Shown here piece after piece: positions 1 to 11,675 of a stretch of DNA of 52,376 nucleotides (within the stretch, counting starts at the first letter, position 1; every line of letters starts with the position of its first letter). Both the position numbers and the translations under genes were made by a program. Below the pieces are notes generated by a model, which made no database searches, was not told the DNA's origin, and worked only from the letters and a program-made list of their open reading frames with translations. The stretch is from positions 806,001 through 858,376 of the forward strand of contig QPGO01000012.1 of NCBI GenBank assembly GCA_008632985.1, given 5' to 3'. The stretch is from Psammoneis japonica (lineage: Eukaryota).

Positions 1-1
1 C

Positions 2-280
2 GCCGAAGACCGTCACCAACAGAATGAAGATAATCGCTTAGAAGGACCAGAGCAGCGCCAACCGAGGAACGAGGACCTTCCAGACTCAACCACCGGAGAA
101 GGGGGGCGCCAACTGTATAATGACATCTGCGTATGCTTTGAGCCAATTAGACAAGAAATGGATGGCATTGTAATATTTATTTGCGGCCACGCAATGCACA
201 ACGCTTGTCACCAGGGACACATTGCGAACACTTTGGACCACGGAAACTACAAGTGCCCATGGTGTCGCCGAGATCTTTAA
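2..280 (+). CDS. 3' end of a RING(-H2)-finger protein (5' part outside window)
   Basis: My translation of frame 2 gives ...NDICVCFEP...ICGHAMHNACH...YKCPWCRRDL*, i.e. RING-H2-like CGHxxHxxC ... CPxCR, with stop TAA at 278-280. TA content is normal. Confidence 0.7.
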   Translation, partial: AEDRHQQNEDNRLEGPEQRQPRNEDLPDSTTGEGGRQLYNDICVCFEPIRQEMDGIVIFICGHAMHNACHQGHIANTLDHGNYKCPWCRRDL

Positions 281-1195
281 ATTCACGACGGCAACGCAAC
301 TACTTGACAAAACCACTGCCGCTCTGTAGTGGCTGTCTTTCTTAGTAGTACATGTGTCCTTTCCCACTCGGCGCCTGTTGATCGCGGCTCTCCAAGAACA
401 ACATTGGCGTTTATTTCATATTAGAACTAGGTATTTGCACGACTACGGTAGGAGTTTAGATTTGAAAAGTTTGTCTATAGAGTGCAGGATTGGTGCAGGG
501 CACTGATTGATAACCTTGCATGATTGAGATTCTGTTGAACGGCGTCCTTGTTAAATGAACGAAGGGGAAATTCCTTCTTCAGAAGCGACACCATAATGCG
601 CTTCGTGCCCGACAACGCCCACAAGTGATGGGCAAAAGCAGAGCAGAGATTGTTTGCGGTATTTATCTAACGGACCTCCCAGGTTGGGAGATGGGCAGTT
701 ACTGCTTCATGCACACCCCCATTCAAGGGAAGTCTTGCACATCGATTTTTTCACAGTCCGTCTTGTAGCTTGATTCCTCCACTAATTTATTGTGTGCAGG
801 GTGTGGACATCATCATGAACAAAGTGCAAAATGATCTCAGATGCTGCTGGCATGCTGTGCTTGAAAAAAATGTGACACAAACTTTGAAAATTGTTTTGAC
901 AGCTGGTTGACCATAAATGAAAAGCTTCAGAAAAATGGGAAAAGTTGTCCATGCATGTTTCACCTGGTGCTGGAGCAAAGCAGGTCTCTCCCATGCCATT
1001 GCCCTGTCATGTTGTGGGGTGTGTGATGCTGCAGCATGTGACAGCCTCAGATGCAGGTGCTGCACTGAAAAAGAGTGACTCAAATTTTTGACCTTCTTTT
1101 ACAATTGATGGATGGATGGTGAACGAAACTTCAGAAAATTTGAAAATTGCCCTGCACATGTTGTCTGGTGCTGGAACAAGTCTTGGGTGGCAGCA

Positions 1196-1565
1196 GATGC
1201 ATTCTAGCCCCAGTTGGGAGCTCACAGTGCTGATGTGTGACAGAACATTTTTTGATCATGCATCACACATGCAGCACATGCACATTTGTGTGTGTGCTCT
1301 TCTGCAAAATTGTCTCTCCACATCCCCTGCTTTCAATCTTGTGAAGCCAAAGACTTTTTATCACAGCCTTTGCAAGAACAAAAATGTGCCAGCTGTGCTC
1401 TTAAATGTCTGAAAAATGCAGCCACACAAACAAGAAATGATGCTGCACTTCAAGTGTGGGTGAGTTTGTGCACTTGTTCCCAAATTGCTTCTTTTTCTGT
1501 TGGCGATCATTGACATGATGCACTCATTGCCAAACAACTTTGCTGTGGAGCTTGCACACAGAATT
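1196..1565 (+). mobile_element. Degenerate MITE of the GACGCGTTCCAG-TIR family, running into the assembly gap
   Basis: Starts GATGCATTCTAGCCCCAGTTGGGAGCTCACAGTGCTGATGTGTGACA, a decayed version of the 8967 copy start. Ends GGAGCTTGCACACAGAATT like the subterminal part of the 8967 copy. Confidence 0.7.
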
Positions 1566-1815
1566 NNNNNNNNNNNNNNNNNNNNNNNNNNNNNNNNNNN
1601 NNNNNNNNNNNNNNNNNNNNNNNNNNNNNNNNNNNNNNNNNNNNNNNNNNNNNNNNNNNNNNNNNNNNNNNNNNNNNNNNNNNNNNNNNNNNNNNNNNNN
1701 NNNNNNNNNNNNNNNNNNNNNNNNNNNNNNNNNNNNNNNNNNNNNNNNNNNNNNNNNNNNNNNNNNNNNNNNNNNNNNNNNNNNNNNNNNNNNNNNNNNN
1801 NNNNNNNNNNNNNNN
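1566..1815. other. Assembly gap (250 N)
   Basis: Run of N. Confidence 1.
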
Positions 1816-1816
1816 C

Positions 1817-1915
1817 ATCTCCTGCACACAAAAGTTTTCAGAGCATTGCTGGAGTTTGTGTGACTTCTGTCAGTGCAAAATTGGCATCTAGAGCTGCTCA
1901 AACAGTCAATTTAAA
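1817..1915 (+). repeat. Dispersed repeat, second copy at ~10405-10515
   Basis: CACAAAAGTTTTCAGAGCAT...CTGTCAGTG(C/T)AAAATTGGCATCT...AGAGCTGCTCAAAC(A/G)GTCAATT occurs at both places, each just downstream of a MITE copy. Confidence 0.8.
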
Positions 1916-1919
1916 ACCC

Positions 1920-2700
1920 ACAGTCTGGATTTGCTCTGAAACACTGGCCTGTGTTGGCAACTCTGTTGGCGGGCCTGCTTGTTGCCTCCATTGCCAGAAG
2001 AAACTGCAGCCGTTGCAGCAGCAATCACCACAACAACAATGGCCACAACTCTCACAATGAGAATGACTCACCATTGATGGCCCTTCTTCAATGTGGCCTG
2101 GTCATTGCTGTCCTTGAGAGCACTGCTGCTCTGCCACTTCCATGGGAGCAACTTTTGTCAAGGAGACTGGAGCATCTGTTTGTTGGCAAAGACACCTGTT
2201 GTCTTTGTGCAAACACTCCCTTTCTTCATCTCTCACTTCTTGAGCAGGACAGGCTTCAGGTGCAAACAAGGTGCTTTCATCATGAGAAGCATTTGTTGGG
2301 GGAGCTTGGATGTGATGAGAGCAACATTGTTTTCACTGCCTTGTCCAGCTCACACAACTTGACCTTGTCAATTCACTGCAAAGGCACCAGGCCAGGCAGG
2401 ATCCATTGGTGATTTGGCATTTCTTGCACAAGCAAGTGATGGGGTGAAAGGATCAGCAGAGCCTCCCCTTTCCAAATCTGAATCAAGGTCAAACTGTTTG
2501 ACTTGATCTTCTTTGTCCCCTTGCTGATGGCATTTGCTGATGGCATTTGTGATGATGCTGTTGCTTTTCTTGATGATGACAATGAGGCATTCAAATGTTT
2601 CAGTCTCTTGCCTTTCCACTTCCTTGGATTTCTTCTTTCTTGGATTTGAACAAATCACAGAAATGCAAATCCCTTGCCTGTTGCACATGTCATGCTCAAC
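1920..2700 (-). pseudogene. Decayed gene for a single-pass membrane protein (PGAFAV motif, TM helix, P/T-rich stalk)
   Basis: Minus-strand fragments read DPAWPGAFAVN, VILIVRVVAIVVVVIAAATAAVSSG and PPTELPTQA, with stops and frameshifts. The region is TA- and CG-depleted. Confidence 0.35.
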
Positions 2701-3269
2701 TGAGATTCTGTTTGGGGTCCCTCTTGTTGGATTGATTCTTCATGATTTTTGTGCTCGACATCAAGGCTGTGTCTTTTTGTGAAACATGAGAAGTGAAAAG
2801 GTTTGCAGAATGACAGAGTCACGAGTCACAAATTCAATGGCTCATTGTTGCTCTTGTGTGCTCAAATGTGCAGTCAAATGAGATCAAACAAGAGCATGAA
2901 AAGTGAGTCCCAAACTGCCAAACACGACCAGCCATTGCACACACACAATCTCAATGAAAACTTCAGTTCTGTCCATTTTTTATGGAAGTCATCAGAGCAC
3001 AGACAATGTGTGGACAAAAGCTTCAGCTCTGAATGACAGGAAAAGAGAAGGACCAACAAAGCAGCAGATGTTGAGAGGGCATTGAGTTCTGTGTGGAACA
3101 AGACAATGCTTGCATCAGCCAGCCAAGGGCACCCCAGTTTTTCTGGCACTTCTCAGGTTTGGACTCTGACCCTCACACTCTCCAAACAGGGCCCCATGAT
3201 GCACAGGAACTTGGTGACCATGTTTGCTGCAACTTCTGATGAGGAGGCCACAAAGACCTTTTTTCTCCT

Positions 3270-3894
3270 GCAACCAAACAACCTGAGCCCTCTTGAGCTT
3301 GTGTGCTTTTCAAAGTGGTTGTGGGGGTTGGAGAACACCAGGAGAGAATGGGGTGGGGGCAGACAGATCAAGCAGGTCAGCACCTTTGGCCCACAGCTGG
3401 GGGGTGCAGACCTCACACCTGCAGCTGTCTGTGAGCACTGCTCCCCCCCTTTGCACAGAGGCTGCCAAACAACTTTGTTGTGGAGCTTGCACACAAATTC
3501 CATGGGCCCAATGTTGTGCAGATTCCCACCTGGGGCTGGAACACAGCGGCGGGGGGGGGGGGGGGGGGGGGGGGGCAGAAAAGAAACATGATCCCAAGGG
3601 TGACACCACAAAAGAAGTGCGGCACACTCAAGCACACAACAACCCACATGGTGCATGGGGCTGGTGCAACCAAACAATCTGAGCCCTCTTGAGCTTGTGT
3701 GCTTTTCAAAGTGGTTGTGGGGGTTCAAGAAGGACACCAGGTGAGAATGGGGTGGGCAGATGGATCAAACAGGTCAGCCAGCCAACACAAGGGGTGCAGC
3801 CTTCAGCCCAGTGCAGACCTCACACCTGCAGCTGTCTGTGAGCACTGCTTCCCCTTTGCACAGAGGCTGCCAAGCAACTTTGTTGTGGAGCTTG
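3270..3894 (+). repeat. Two ~220-bp direct repeats (~3270-3490, ~3667-3894). The first ends in a decayed MITE right end (~3547) followed by a poly-G run
   Basis: CAACCAAACAA(C/T)CTGAGCCCTCTTGAGCTTGTGTGCTTTTCAAAGTGG... occurs twice. GGGCCCAATG...GATTCCCACCTGGGGCTGGAACAC matches the MITE terminus. Confidence 0.75.
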
Positions 3895-4267
3895 TGCACT
3901 GTGCTTGAAGAACGAGTGTAAACGAAAGTAGAACGAAGTTCAAAAGGTGAAAATTGTGAGAGTTGTTTCTGCGCAATCATTTTGGATTTCTCCGAACGGG
4001 TTCTCAACAGCCTAAACCCTTTGTGCTGCTCCTACAGACAAAAGGCCTTTCGGAGAATATGATCGTGACAACAGATTGTCCGGATACGATTGACATTGAC
4101 ACGTAAGATGTCAACATCATCGTACGATCGCATTTGCGATTCTCGACATCCGATCAACTCTGTGTGATTGATCTGTCCTTCGTACGAACCCACGATTGAC
4201 GTACGATTGGAATATAAATTTATTTAAGATATACATATATATAACGTACATAACAACGCATATTGCA
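3895..4267 (-). repeat. 3' LTR of gypsy #1
   Basis: Direct repeat of 9392-9770; retains many TA sites that are TG/CA in the other LTR. Confidence 0.9.
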
Positions 4268-4293
4268 TTCGCCTCCCTAATTGCACATTAGAG

Positions 4294-7200
4294 TCAGTCG
4301 TTAAACGGTATTATCCGACATATATTGACAGTGTCAATGACGTTACCGCGTTTGATCTGTACTGTGCCATTAGTATGTACCGTTGTTATTACATACGGTC
4401 CAATATAGGGCTGTTCTAATTTCTGCGAATCTTTTTCGAGTAGTATTTTCTCTCCTACTCTGTACGTATAAGGAGTACGTCGAGCATTCTCTCGAGCGTT
4501 ATTTTTATTTATGATTTCTTGTTTTCGCTGCTGGATTAATTTCCTGTCTGCGACATGTTGGACGTTAAAAATCATGTCCCTGTTGAAGACCAATTGTCCA
4601 GGTGTAGCTTGCGTAGTAGTATGATACGTAGAACGTACAGCAAAAGCTACTGCTGATAATATTCCAGCGAAGGGATCCTCAGTATGCAGACGTGTATGTT
4701 GCAAATCAAGCGTACGAATCATATTTCCGAGTTTGATGTACGCGCGTTCAATAATTGCGTTTGCTTGTGGATTTCCTGCAGTTATGGGCTTGACTTTAAT
4801 GCCACAATCCTCTTGCACCATGTCTTTAAATTGGTGTCCGATGAACTCACTTCCACGGTCATGTGTAATTAACGATGGCCAAGGATGTCTACTTAACCAT
4901 GTTCATTCTAACAATCCGGCTGCAGTTGTGGATTCCTCATTTGGGATTTTCACAACTTCAAACCATCCGGTTGCCGGATCAACCATTGTTGAACATTTCA
5001 GGACCAGGGGTTCTTTCTCTCCCTCACGATGCATCTTGCATGGCCCAATGAGATCCACACACAGTCGTTCCCATGGTGCTGATTCTGCACACTTGGGGGG
5101 CAAATGTCCACATTTCTTGTGTTTCTTTTTGAATTTCTGGCATGTCTCACATCTCGACACGCATTTTCGTGTGTCTTCACGCAAGGTGGACCACCACAAG
5201 TGTTGTGAGATTGTCTCTTCTGTTCGATTTATGCCAGGGTGAAGAAGGCATGCATGGCACCAATCTGTCACTGCTTTTTGCAATGTCTCAGGGATGACGA
5301 TTTTTTCCTTGTGACGTGTGAGCAACCTGTCTCGCTCGCCTCCACGAAAAGTCTTCGCATGACATGTCTCATTTGACAATTTGGAGAGAATGTCTTCATC
5401 CCGCTTTTGTTCACAATCAAGAACTTTACAATTTAATGGAAAGACATTGTCACAGGACTTTGGTGGGACCTTCTCAGCCAACTCTTCTGTGCTGAGGGTT
5501 TCCACAGGTTCCATTTTCTTCACAGTGAGTCGGCTGATCGCAGGGTGAAGAAGGTGCGCATGACACCAATCCATCACTGCTTTTTGCAACGTCTCAGGGA
5601 CGACAATTTTTTCCTTGTGACGTGTGAGCAACCGGTCTCGCTCGCCTCCACCAAAAGTCTTCGCATGACATGTCTCATCTGACAATTTGGAGAGAATGTC
5701 TTTGTCCCGCTTTTGTTCACAATCAAGAACTTTACAATTTAACGGAAAGACATTGTCGCAGGACTTTGGTGGGACCTTCTCAGCCAACTCTTCTGTGCTG
5801 AGGGTTTCCACAGGTTCTGTTTTCTTCACAGTGAGTCAGCTGATCGCATCTGCAACAACATTCGCCTTGCCCTCAAGGCACATTGTTTCGGGACTGCACT
5901 CTTCTGTTGTTGGACGCCAATGCATGACTCTGTCCGTTGTGAAATTTTTGTGTGTGAGATTTTTGTGATCCGCACATGTGTTCATCTGTTGGCCAAACAG
6001 CACATTTCGGAACTCCTTTGATGTCTCCACTGTGGACAACAGCTCTTTTTCTGTTGTGGCACAACGCGTCTGCGCTCCATTCAGCTCACGGCTGTAGAAG
6101 GCAATTGGTTGGTTCTTCTGCGTAACAACTGCCCCCAATTGAGAATTAATTGCGTCAGCGTGCATCTCAAAGGGCACATTGAAATTCGGGTGTGATGACA
6201 GTGTGTCCTTTGAGATTGTGCGCTTCACATTTTCGAAGGCTTTTTGTTCTGTTTTGGTCCATTGCCACTTTACTTGTGTTGAAGCAAGTTTGGCTAAAGG
6301 AGCTAAAACATGAGATCGTCGAGGCCACATGTCTCGACAGTGGTTGATCATGCCGACAAAGCATCGCAATTCCTCACAAGTTTTGGGAGTTGCGATCGCG
6401 TGAATCGCTTCTGCCTTTTTTGGAATTGGACCAATGCCATTGCAAGTGACATGGAAGCCTGGATGGTCCACTTCGGGTTTAGCGAAAAAAGACTTTTCGG
6501 CATTGACCTTCAATCCGGCTTGTTCCAGGCACAAAAACACCATCTCAAGCTTCTTGAGGTGGTCTTGAAAATCACCTTTTGCAAGGCACAATGTGCAGTC
6601 AATGTGAGTTCTGACGAACTCCAGACCTGCCATGAGCTCACTCATGTGCTCTTGGAAAATGTCTGGAGCTCCACAGATTCCCACAGGGAGTCTACAGTGC
6701 TCATGCTTGCCCCAAGGCATGACAATCGCGCACAAATGATGTGCATGCGGTGTTGGTTCGACATGACAGCATCCCATGTTTAAATCTAGGGACGTTGCAT
6801 GCATGAAACCTTCAAGTTTCTGCAGCACATCCTGAATGTTGGGCAGAGGAAACGGCGTGCATGTTGGCCTCTTACCCAGCTCACAAAAGTTGGATGGAAA
6901 CCGAACTCGACCATTTTTCTTGGGTTGAATGAAGGTTGGAGCGGCCCATTCAGAGCAATCCATTTTTCTTGAGACTTTTAACTTGCATGGTCTTTCAACC
7001 TCTTTACGAGCAGTCGCCTCCAAGGCTTGTGGTGCGGGAAATGGTTTGGCATGATGCGGACTCACGCCTGATTTCAACTTTAAATCCACTGGCTTCCCGG
7101 TCCATTTGCCTGGAGAACCATCGAAAAGGTTTTCAAATCTTTTTAAAAGGAAGTTCAGCTGCTTCTGCTCTTCAGGAGTTAGATGAGTGGCTGCTGCTGT

Positions 7201-7704
7201 CACATTGTTGAGGTTTGCGGCATGACAGTCTGAGTCAAGGATCCGATTGACCCTGTCATTAAGACCAATCACTGCATGAGATTCCTCAATGTGATCGGCA
7301 ATCAACTTAAAAACATCGGCATCGAAGTGTGCATCAACATTCTTCACAGGAGTGGTTGCATCTTCCCATTTGATCTCTTCATTTGAGAAGTCTGACATCA
7401 TCCCAAGACTTGACATTAAGTCACATCCCATGATCATGTCACAACGACTCGAAGAAGAAGAGGAGTCATCAACATGTGCTGTTGTTTCAATCATCTCATG
7501 TTTGTCAAATTCGGGTGAGGAGAATTGGATTTTACATTGACTGTCAGTCGTAAAGAACCCTCCTTTGGTTTCCCAGAGTTTGGTGGTGGATGCTTTGGTT
7601 CTGAGTTTCCGCGTGAATTTGCGCAAAATTGTGGTTGACGATGTTCCGCCATCGAGGAGAACGTGCAGAGGCTTGTTTTTCGCTTTACCTGGAGAGGCAC
7701 TCAT
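4294..7704 (-). pseudogene. gypsy #1 pol (protease, RT, RNase H, integrase), with premature stops
   Basis: LLDGGTS (PR); WAAPTF, LDLNMGCCH, THIDC (RT, from YYH/YIDD); AFYSRELNGAQTRCATTEKELL, DHKNL (RH); HPG..CETC, CVDLIGP, NPQANAIIER, GPY (IN). Confidence 0.92.
5235..5846 (-). repeat. In-frame 306-bp tandem duplication in pol (RH-IN junction)
   Basis: 5235-5540 is repeated at 5541-5846. The peptide EPVETLSTEELAEK...LLHP occurs twice in ORF 4903..5829. Confidence 0.9.
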
Positions 7705-7800
7705 GTGAGCGACGACAACTGGACTAGTGTGAGTTGTCTTGGCCCTTTTTCCGGGCTTCCCAACATCCAGCAGTGCGCAAGACTCCTCTTGCGGTGCAAG

Positions 7801-8960
7801 TCATTCCTCAGAATCGCTGCGCGTCAATTTTTCAAACTGACAATTCTCCTCGTCAAGGGTGTCAGAGTCACAATCTTTGCTCTTGTGCTTTTTGTCGTTG
7901 TTTGAAGAACTCGCTTTGAGCAATTTTTGAACTGCTTGGACTGCCACAGCATTCAACTCTTCTTTGCGAGAGGCGTCATCATCATCGCGACGAGACCACG
8001 TGCGGTTGCCATTTGAACGGTGCCGTTTTGGGTCGGGATCACAGTTCCCATGGCGTTCTTTTGCAAGTCTTTTAATCGACCAGCACTTGTCCGCATTGTG
8101 AGTGGATTTTTTGCACAGAATGCACCACTTGTCGGACTGAGATTTTTCGGTGCCATGTTGGTGACCATTTTTGGAACCACGTTGGGAACCACTCTTGGCT
8201 TTCGATCCAGCACTGCTGCTGGGATCAGCCTTGGCATGAATGCCATCGAATGCATCCTCAGCGACCTCTGGGTGCTCCAAAAACTCAACCAACTCGTCAC
8301 AGGCATGTTTCAAAATTTCGAAACCCTGGACGGTCGACTGGCGCTGCCACTTTCGAGGTGCAAGATTGAAGAGGACATCCTTGAGCTTGTCCTCCTCGAT
8401 CTTCTGATCCTTCCCAAAGGGAGGACAGAACTTGAGGTCTTCGTTGACTTCCTGGACCCAAGCAGCAATCTCGCGTACTTTCATGGACTCGGGCTTCTTG
8501 AGATTGCGACGCAAACAACGTTTCTGAACCGAAAGTGCGTTCTTGGGAAACACATGTTTCGTGAGGTGCTGCAGGCATTTCTCGAAGCTTCCTTCCATGG
8601 ATTTGTCTTCAATGTTTGCCGCTGCATTCTCAAAAGCACGTGGAGCGTCTCCTTGTGACAACATGCGCATGAGACAGAACTTGTCGGCTTGCTCACTGAT
8701 GTTCTGGCCCACTGGAAGTTGATCGCAGCTCTTTAAAAATTCGATGCACTTGGGAACGCCCTGTTTCTTGCAGTGCTCGATGTCAATCGTGCAGGTCCAA
8801 CTGTCCTTCTTCTCCGGATGAAAACACTGCTCCATCTTGAGACACTGGCTCGGTTTGAGGCTCTTTGGCTCAGAGTTTGATTCCAAGGGTTGAGGGACGA
8901 TTCTTTCCTGCCTCAACGAAGTCTTGGCCTTGTTTGCCTGAGGTGAAAGCTTTATCTTGA
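7801..8960 (-). pseudogene. gypsy #1 gag
   Basis: ORF upstream of pol with VFPKNALSVQKRCLRR and WCILCKKSTHNADKC knuckle-like motif; homologous to gag of gypsy #2. Confidence 0.8.
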
Positions 8961-8966
8961 ACCAGT

Positions 8967-9362
8967 GACGCGTTCCAGCCCTGGGTGGGAGCTCGCAGTG
9001 CTGACGTGTGACACAAATGATTTTTGTCATCCGTCGCATGTTTTGCACGTACATTTCTACGTGTGACATTTAAAAAAAATTGTCCAGACTTGCTGTTTTG
9101 CGAAGCCCCAGACGTTTTGCATGACGCATTTATAGAAACAACAATGCGCCAGTTACATTCTTCAATGTCTGAAGAATGTAACTGGCCAAGTAAAAATCGA
9201 TGCACTTCAATCATGTGCGAGTTTGTGCATTCGCAAAATTGCCTCATTTTCTGTTGGCGAACATTGACATTCTAACCACCGCACAATTTTGCTGCGGAGC
9301 TTGCACGCAGAATTCTGCGGGCCCAATGTCACACGGATTCCCACCCACGTCTGGAACGCGTC
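8967..9362 (+). mobile_element. MITE, TIR GACGCGTTCCAG, 4-bp TSD CAGT, inserted in the gypsy #1 leader
   Basis: Perfect 12-bp TIRs with CAGT on both sides. Confidence 0.92.
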
Positions 9363-9391
9363 CAGTTGCCTTCTGTGGTGTGTGTGCACAA

Positions 9392-9770
9392 TGCACTGTG
9401 CTCGAAGAACGAGTGCAAATGAAAGTGGAACGAAGTTCAAAAGGTGAAAATCATGAGAATCATTTCTGCGCAATCACATTGGATTTCTCCGAACGGGTTC
9501 TCAACAGCCAAAACCCTCTGCACTGCTCCTGCAGACAAAAGGCCTTTCGGAGAATGTGATCATGACAACAGATTGTGCAGATGCGATTGACATTGACACG
9601 TGAGATGTCAACATCATCGTGCGATCGCATTTGCGATTCTCGACATCCGATCAACTCTGTGTGATTGATCTGTCCTTCGCACGAACCCACGATTGACGTG
9701 CGATTGGAGCACAAATTTATTTAATGTGTGGGTGTGCACATGTGCAATGCACACAACAACACACACTGCA
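9392..9770 (-). repeat. 5' LTR of gypsy #1
   Basis: Direct repeat of 3895-4267, followed by TSD CTTG. Confidence 0.9.
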
Positions 9771-9862
9771 CTTGCATGGCTGATGTGGCCTGCGCTCTCA
9801 CTTGCAAAAAGTTGTTGTGGCAGAGGGAGGAGGTGGTCAAGGCAAAGGGCAAAACAAGGCCT

Positions 9863-10258
9863 GACGCGTTCCAGCCCTGGGTGGGAGCTCGCAGCACTGA
9901 CGTGTGACACAAAAAATTTTTGTCATCCGTCGCATGTTTCGTGCGTACATTTCTGCGTGTAACATTTCAAAAAAATTGTCCAGACTCGCTGTTTTGCGAA
10001 GCCCCAGACGTTTCACATGACAAATTCACAGAAACAATGATGCGCCAGTTGCATTCTTCAATGTCTGAAGAATGCACCCAGCCAAGTGACAAATGATGTT
10101 CTTCAATCATGGACGAGTTTGTGCGTTCGCAAAATTGCCTCATTTTCTGTTGGCGAACATTGACATTTTAATTGCCTGACAATTTGAGTGCGGAGCTCGC
10201 ACGCAGAATTCTACGGGCCCAATGTCACACGGATTCCCACCTGCGTCTGGAACGCGTC
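9863..10258 (+). mobile_element. MITE, same subfamily as 8967-9362, TSD GCCT
   Basis: Perfect TIRs, GCCT duplicated, interior colinear with the 8967 copy. Confidence 0.92.
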
Positions 10259-10841
10259 GCCTTCTTTGGGAGTGGGGGCACATGCCACAGCATGTTGCAA
10301 TCTGCCCCAATTTCATTGGAGCGTTGTCACGGTGTGGGGAGGCAGGCAAACACGTGCCCCATCTCCCCCCAGCCAGAGCAGCAGAGAGCTTCTGCTGCTG
10401 GCCTCCTCCTGTGTGCACAAAAGTTTTCAGAGCATGGCTCTGGAGTTTGGCTGTGTGGCATCTGTCAGTGTAAAATTGGCATCTGCTAGAGCTGCTCAAA
10501 CGGTCAATTATTTAAGCCACCGGTTCATGCCGAGAACCAGAAGCAACGGTCGAAACCCACGTTCTGGATTTGAGCTGAAACACGGAGCTCGAAGACATGG
10601 CTTCTTTCGGTTCATTCGTTCGTTCGTTCGTTCCGAGACACAATTCACGGTCCTTACGTCAGCCGTCGAGCAAAAAATAAAAAATCACATGCGTAGAAAT
10701 CTACGCAAATTGAATACCGGAAATTGTGGTGGCGCGCCATTTTTTTGGCCCGCGTCCCACCCACAAAAATCACTCGCAACACACTCATAAACTCAACACA
10801 GCAACATCTACGCAAACAATAACTACGAAATCAAAACCACC

Positions 10842-11219
10842 ATGAGAAGCCCCTCCAGCGAAAAAGACACCTCGACTGCACCATCATCGCCAGAAAACAA
10901 CGTCCCTGGCATTCAGGACGTTCATCAAGTCCGCAAGCTTCAAGAGGACGAAAGCTCGGACGACGAGAGCTATCAAGACGAATGCGAAGAGGATATTGAG
11001 GATGATGACGGCGAGTATGAAGTTGAAGAGCAGGAGCCAGAAGCTAGTGACGACGAGGCTGCCAATGTGATTCATGAGCTTGTCGAGCTCTTTGTTCAAA
11101 AGAACGGTCGTGCACCCAACCAAGAAGAAGTGATGCAGTGGATTGATGTCTTCAAGAGTCTCAGTGTTGAAGGAGCTTCGCAGCCGGAAGGTGCAGCTCC
11201 GAAGGTGGCCTCCGAATAG
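10842..11219 (+). CDS. Small acidic protein (125 aa), unknown function
   Basis: ATG in ACCACCATG context; D/E-rich tract then helical ELVELFVQKNGRAPNQEEVMQW; Tyr codons intact. Confidence 0.75.
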   Translation: MRSPSSEKDTSTAPSSPENNVPGIQDVHQVRKLQEDESSDDESYQDECEEDIEDDDGEYEVEEQEPEASDDEAANVIHELVELFVQKNGRAPNQEEVMQWIDVFKSLSVEGASQPEGAAPKVASE

Positions 11220-11675
11220 GCACTCATAAGTTGAAGTGGAAGTGACTGTTTAATGGTGTAGTTCATTGCTTTTAAGAGTAGTAGTAAGAAACATTCGACG
11301 GCTCTTTTTTCTCCCTCGTATGTAGGCGTACCGGTAAGGAAATGTCAAGCTATGTCCTTGTGTCGTCTTAGCCGTGTACCTCGATTCGTGTACACGCAGA
11401 AAAAAAATCTCTTCCTGTAGCTGCTTTCTCAATTCTGTTCTTACTTGAACCGCAATCAAGTAGTAATAGCTTCATAAGTAATGTTCTTCTAGAATAGCTA
11501 GCAAATTAAAATGAAAGGCAATAATAAGCTGAGAGCCATAGCGATAGCTCCCCTTGTTTCTTCCATAGCCGCATGTAAATATCTCTAAATTGATGCCTTG
11601 CATACGCATCTCATTCACGGTGATTGAGCAAGTGTGCAAGGATCCTTCACGACGCGTCGTCGCTTTCGCGACCCG

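Larger units (their letters stand above)
3895..9770 (-). mobile_element. Ty3/gypsy LTR retrotransposon #1 (full length, inactivated)
   Basis: LTRs at 3895-4267 and 9392-9770 (TGCA...TGCA), 4-bp TSD CTTG, purine tract GGGAGGCGAA next to the 3' LTR (4268-4277). Gene order is gag-PR-RT-RH-IN. Confidence 0.93.

Noticed and set aside
1361..2060. ORFs spanning the N run
   Set aside because: Artefacts of the assembly gap.
3551..3575. Poly-G as a Gly/Pro-rich coding segment or functional G-quadruplex
   Set aside because: A simple homopolymer next to a decayed MITE end; its length is unreliable and there is no supporting context.
9363..9391. tRNA primer-binding sites of the LTR elements (also ~43660-43679 and ~37898-37915)
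   Set aside because: No TGG-starting tRNA complement is recognisable; hypermutation may have obscured it, so neither tRNA- nor self-priming can be claimed.
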